The position numbers and the translations under genes were made by a program. A stretch of 63,994 nt of DNA, counting the filler, from Diploschistes diacapsis (Eukaryota), in NCBI GenBank assembly GCA_023645945.1. It is 5 parts of 5 records of this genome, joined end to end, with 100 filler letters (N's around TTAATTAATTAA, not from the genome) between each part and the next. Parts side by side here need not be neighbours in the genome. Positions count along the whole stretch, not along the records: positions 56,065 to 63,994 come from JALAIB010001222.1; 4 more parts are not named here. One strand, 5' to 3'. The notes under the pieces were generated by a model. The model worked only from the letters and a program-made list of their open reading frames with translations. It was not told the DNA's origin and ran no database searches. Positions 62,550-63,994 of the stretch are shown one piece after another; position 1 is the first letter of the stretch; every line of letters starts with the position of its first letter.

Positions 62550-63994
62550 ATGTCCTCCCCCAAATCCAACGATGCCTCCGTCATCGTCGTTGGCGGCAGC
62601 CTCGTCGGTCCCGCAGCGGCCATGTTCCTCTCCGTGCACGGCGTCTCCGAGATCGTCATCGAGCGCCACGCCGGCAGCTCCCCGCACCTAAGGGCGATTG
62701 GCTACACTGCCCGCACCATCGGGCTCCTCCGTAGCATCGGCGTCGAGTCTTCTATCCCGCTAGCACCGCCTGGCTCGAAACCACGCCGCATCAAGGCCGA
62801 ATCGATTGCTGGCAAATGGTACGACGAGACGGTCTGGACCGGTGGACCCAAACAAAGTAGTGTTCTGCCCGGTCAAGGGCAAGGGCAAGGCGGTCCAGGC
62901 GGTCCAGGTAGCCCCTGCCAATGAGCAGCGCCAAGCCCAAGGCAAACTTCCATCCGACCCTCCGCCCTCGGCTCCCGCCTTCTCTTCCTGCGGCAACGCC
63001 GCTGTCCCCCAAGACAAGATGGAGCCCATCTTCCGCACCAAAGCCCTTTTCCGCCGGCGCCGACCTACGCCTTGGCTGCCAAATGAACTCCTTCACGCAG
63101 TCCCCACAGGCGTGACCGTCGCCGCCACCGACCTCGCGGGAACGCCTTTCAGCGTAAGCGGCCAATACCTCATCGTTGCCGACGGCGCCCCAAGCCCCAT
63201 CCGTGAATCCCTCGGCATCTCCCCGGCACGGCACTCGGCTACCTGTGCCACCCTGTGCGCTCCATCCTCTCCTCCGCGCCCTCGCTGGCCCACTGTTTCG
63301 AGCGGGGCTTCGTGCAGTTCTCCCATCCAGCAGCGTGACTTCGAGGCCTTCCTCGTAGCCTACATGCACGGCCGCTGGGCGCTAATGTCCAACGCCGACA
63401 AGGCCACCAACGAACCCGACAGCGCCCCGCGGGCTCAGCGACGCCGAACACCTCGCGCGCGCATCGAAAAAGGGCCGTGGGCCACCCCGTGCCGGACCTG
63501 CAGCTGATCAGCAGGGGGGCAACTGGGAACCTCGCCGCGCTGATCCCCGATCGCTTCTCGTCTCCTTCCCCTTCTCCTTAACCCCCCCGGCCTTGGGGGC
63601 CGCGTCTTCCTCGCGGGCGACGCGCACGATCTGGCCTGGCAGCTGGCCGCTGTGCTTTCGGGGGCAGTCGGGCGCGGGGCGCTGCTGGACACGTACGATG
63701 CGGAGCGCAGGCCCGTGGCGGACGGGCGGCACGACCAGCTTTTTGTGTCAGGGAGGAGGACTATGGCACGTGTATGTGGGGGATAACCCGGAGGTTGCGG
63801 GAAGATTGGAGGGGCGTGTGGGTTGTGGAGGATCCGGCGATGGAGCTGGGCGAGGTTTTATCGGAGCAAGGCGGTTGCCGCGGCTGCGCTGGATAGGAGC
63901 GGCGTGGTGGCGAGGAGGCCGCACGAGTGGCTCGGGCAGCCTGAGACGAGGGCGCCGCATGTGCGGATGGGTTAGAGGTGGCGGAGGGGGGAGG
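62550..63994 (+). pseudogene. FAD-dependent aromatic monooxygenase (FAD_binding_3, PheA/TfdB-like), frameshifted
   Basis: VIVVGGSLVG..IERHAGSSPHLRAIG, YLIVADGAPSPIRESLGI and GRVFLAGDAHDLAWQL..LLDTYDAERRPVA lie in different frames with stops. Confidence 0.75.

Overview
Fungal (filamentous ascomycete, Pezizomycotina-like) nuclear DNA with short introns (many 44-60 nt). The window is not one locus. It is five contigs joined by an artificial 100-nt linker (N44-TTAATTAATTAA-N44): 1-8168, 8269-16421, 16522-24670, 24771-55964 and 56065-63994. Apparently intact genes: a Ser/Pro-rich hypothetical protein; a Rib7/RibD-C reductase fused behind a WRKY/FAR1/Mutator-type C-C-HxH domain; tRNA-Ala(AGC); PRS1; phospholipase D; dipeptidyl peptidase V; FAN1; a GH32 beta-fructofuranosidase (cut by the contig end); a divergent Dal5/Soa1-type MFS plus TauD/Jlp1 pair (MFS cut by the contig start); TIP20; a second ATP-dependent DNA ligase; white collar-1; and a WD40 protein. 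Decayed material: two FAD-monooxygenase pseudogenes, a Ty3/gypsy relic, a HET-domain pseudogene, a multi-TM pseudogene, the RIP-mutated 3' end of a Fot1/pogo transposon, and a RIP-destroyed PD-(D/E)xK nuclease-like gene that the ORF track does not show. The best candidate for something new is the transposase-type DNA-binding domain fused to an intact riboflavin-pathway reductase (3320-5218). All assignments come from motif recognition by eye; no searches were run.
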